Source of the DNA: an uncultured Gemmatimonadales bacterium
GTDB taxonomy: Bacteria > Gemmatimonadota > Gemmatimonadetes > Gemmatimonadales > GWC2-71-9
DNA length: 64,000 nt
Reading direction: 5' to 3'
Assembly (NCBI GenBank): GCA_963739455.1
Contig: CAVUAK010000001.1
Span: 1,088,001 to 1,152,000, forward strand
Under the pieces are notes generated by a model. It was not told where the DNA came from, searched no databases, and saw only the letters and a program-made list of their open reading frames with translations. Shown piece after piece: positions 63,915-64,000 of the stretch; position 1 is the first letter of the stretch; every line of letters starts with the position of its first letter. The position numbers and the translations under genes were made by a program.

Positions 63915-64000
63915 TCAACCGACACGAATTCCCCGCTCAATAATAACGACGAACAGGGCCGCGGCGGTGAGGTCGGCGGTTGTTCCGGGATTGCGCCGAT
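63915..64000 (-). CDS. C-terminus of a CitG-like (triphosphoribosyl-dephospho-CoA synthase family, orf7-like) protein, partial
   Basis: Manual translation RRNPGTTADLTAAALFVVIIERGIRVG* contains the NPGTTADL motif. Confidence 0.75.
   Translation of the reverse strand, partial: RRNPGTTADLTAAALFVVIIERGIRVG

Overview
High-GC bacterial chromosome segment, inferred from gene style and content to be Gemmatimonadota (not proven). About 20 genes carry single-base indels, consistent with uncorrected long-read errors. The left ~45 kb is mostly housekeeping and catabolism: M61 peptidase, dicarboxylate symporter, tal-tkt, crtI-crtB-acyltransferase, HNH protein, E2/E1-fused 2-oxoglutarate dehydrogenase, glpD, fadI-fadJ, M28 peptidase, proline dehydrogenase, rsgA, a four-gene minor-pilin set, fused E1 alpha/beta, a Ser/Thr kinase, lon, TrmB plus a diguanylate cyclase, pfk and prolyl oligopeptidase. 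A CxxU Rdx (SelW-like) selenoprotein with a SECIS-like hairpin, missed by the ORF track, lies at 41849-42076. The right ~18 kb is a methylotrophy island. It has a lanthanide-type xoxF-xoxJ-cytochrome c operon with pentapeptide-repeat, YVTN beta-propeller and JAMM-like accessory genes. This is joined to a tetrahydromethanopterin/methanofuran biosynthesis cluster (mptG, DUF447, pabAB, DHPS-like orf20, pterin dehydratase, SDR, mfnB, mfnE, mfnF, HisA-like orf17, PTPS, citG-like) that continues past the right edge. The cluster contains an embedded exported CocE/NonD esterase and two genes inverted relative to their neighbours. No rRNA, tRNA, CRISPR array or transposase was seen.
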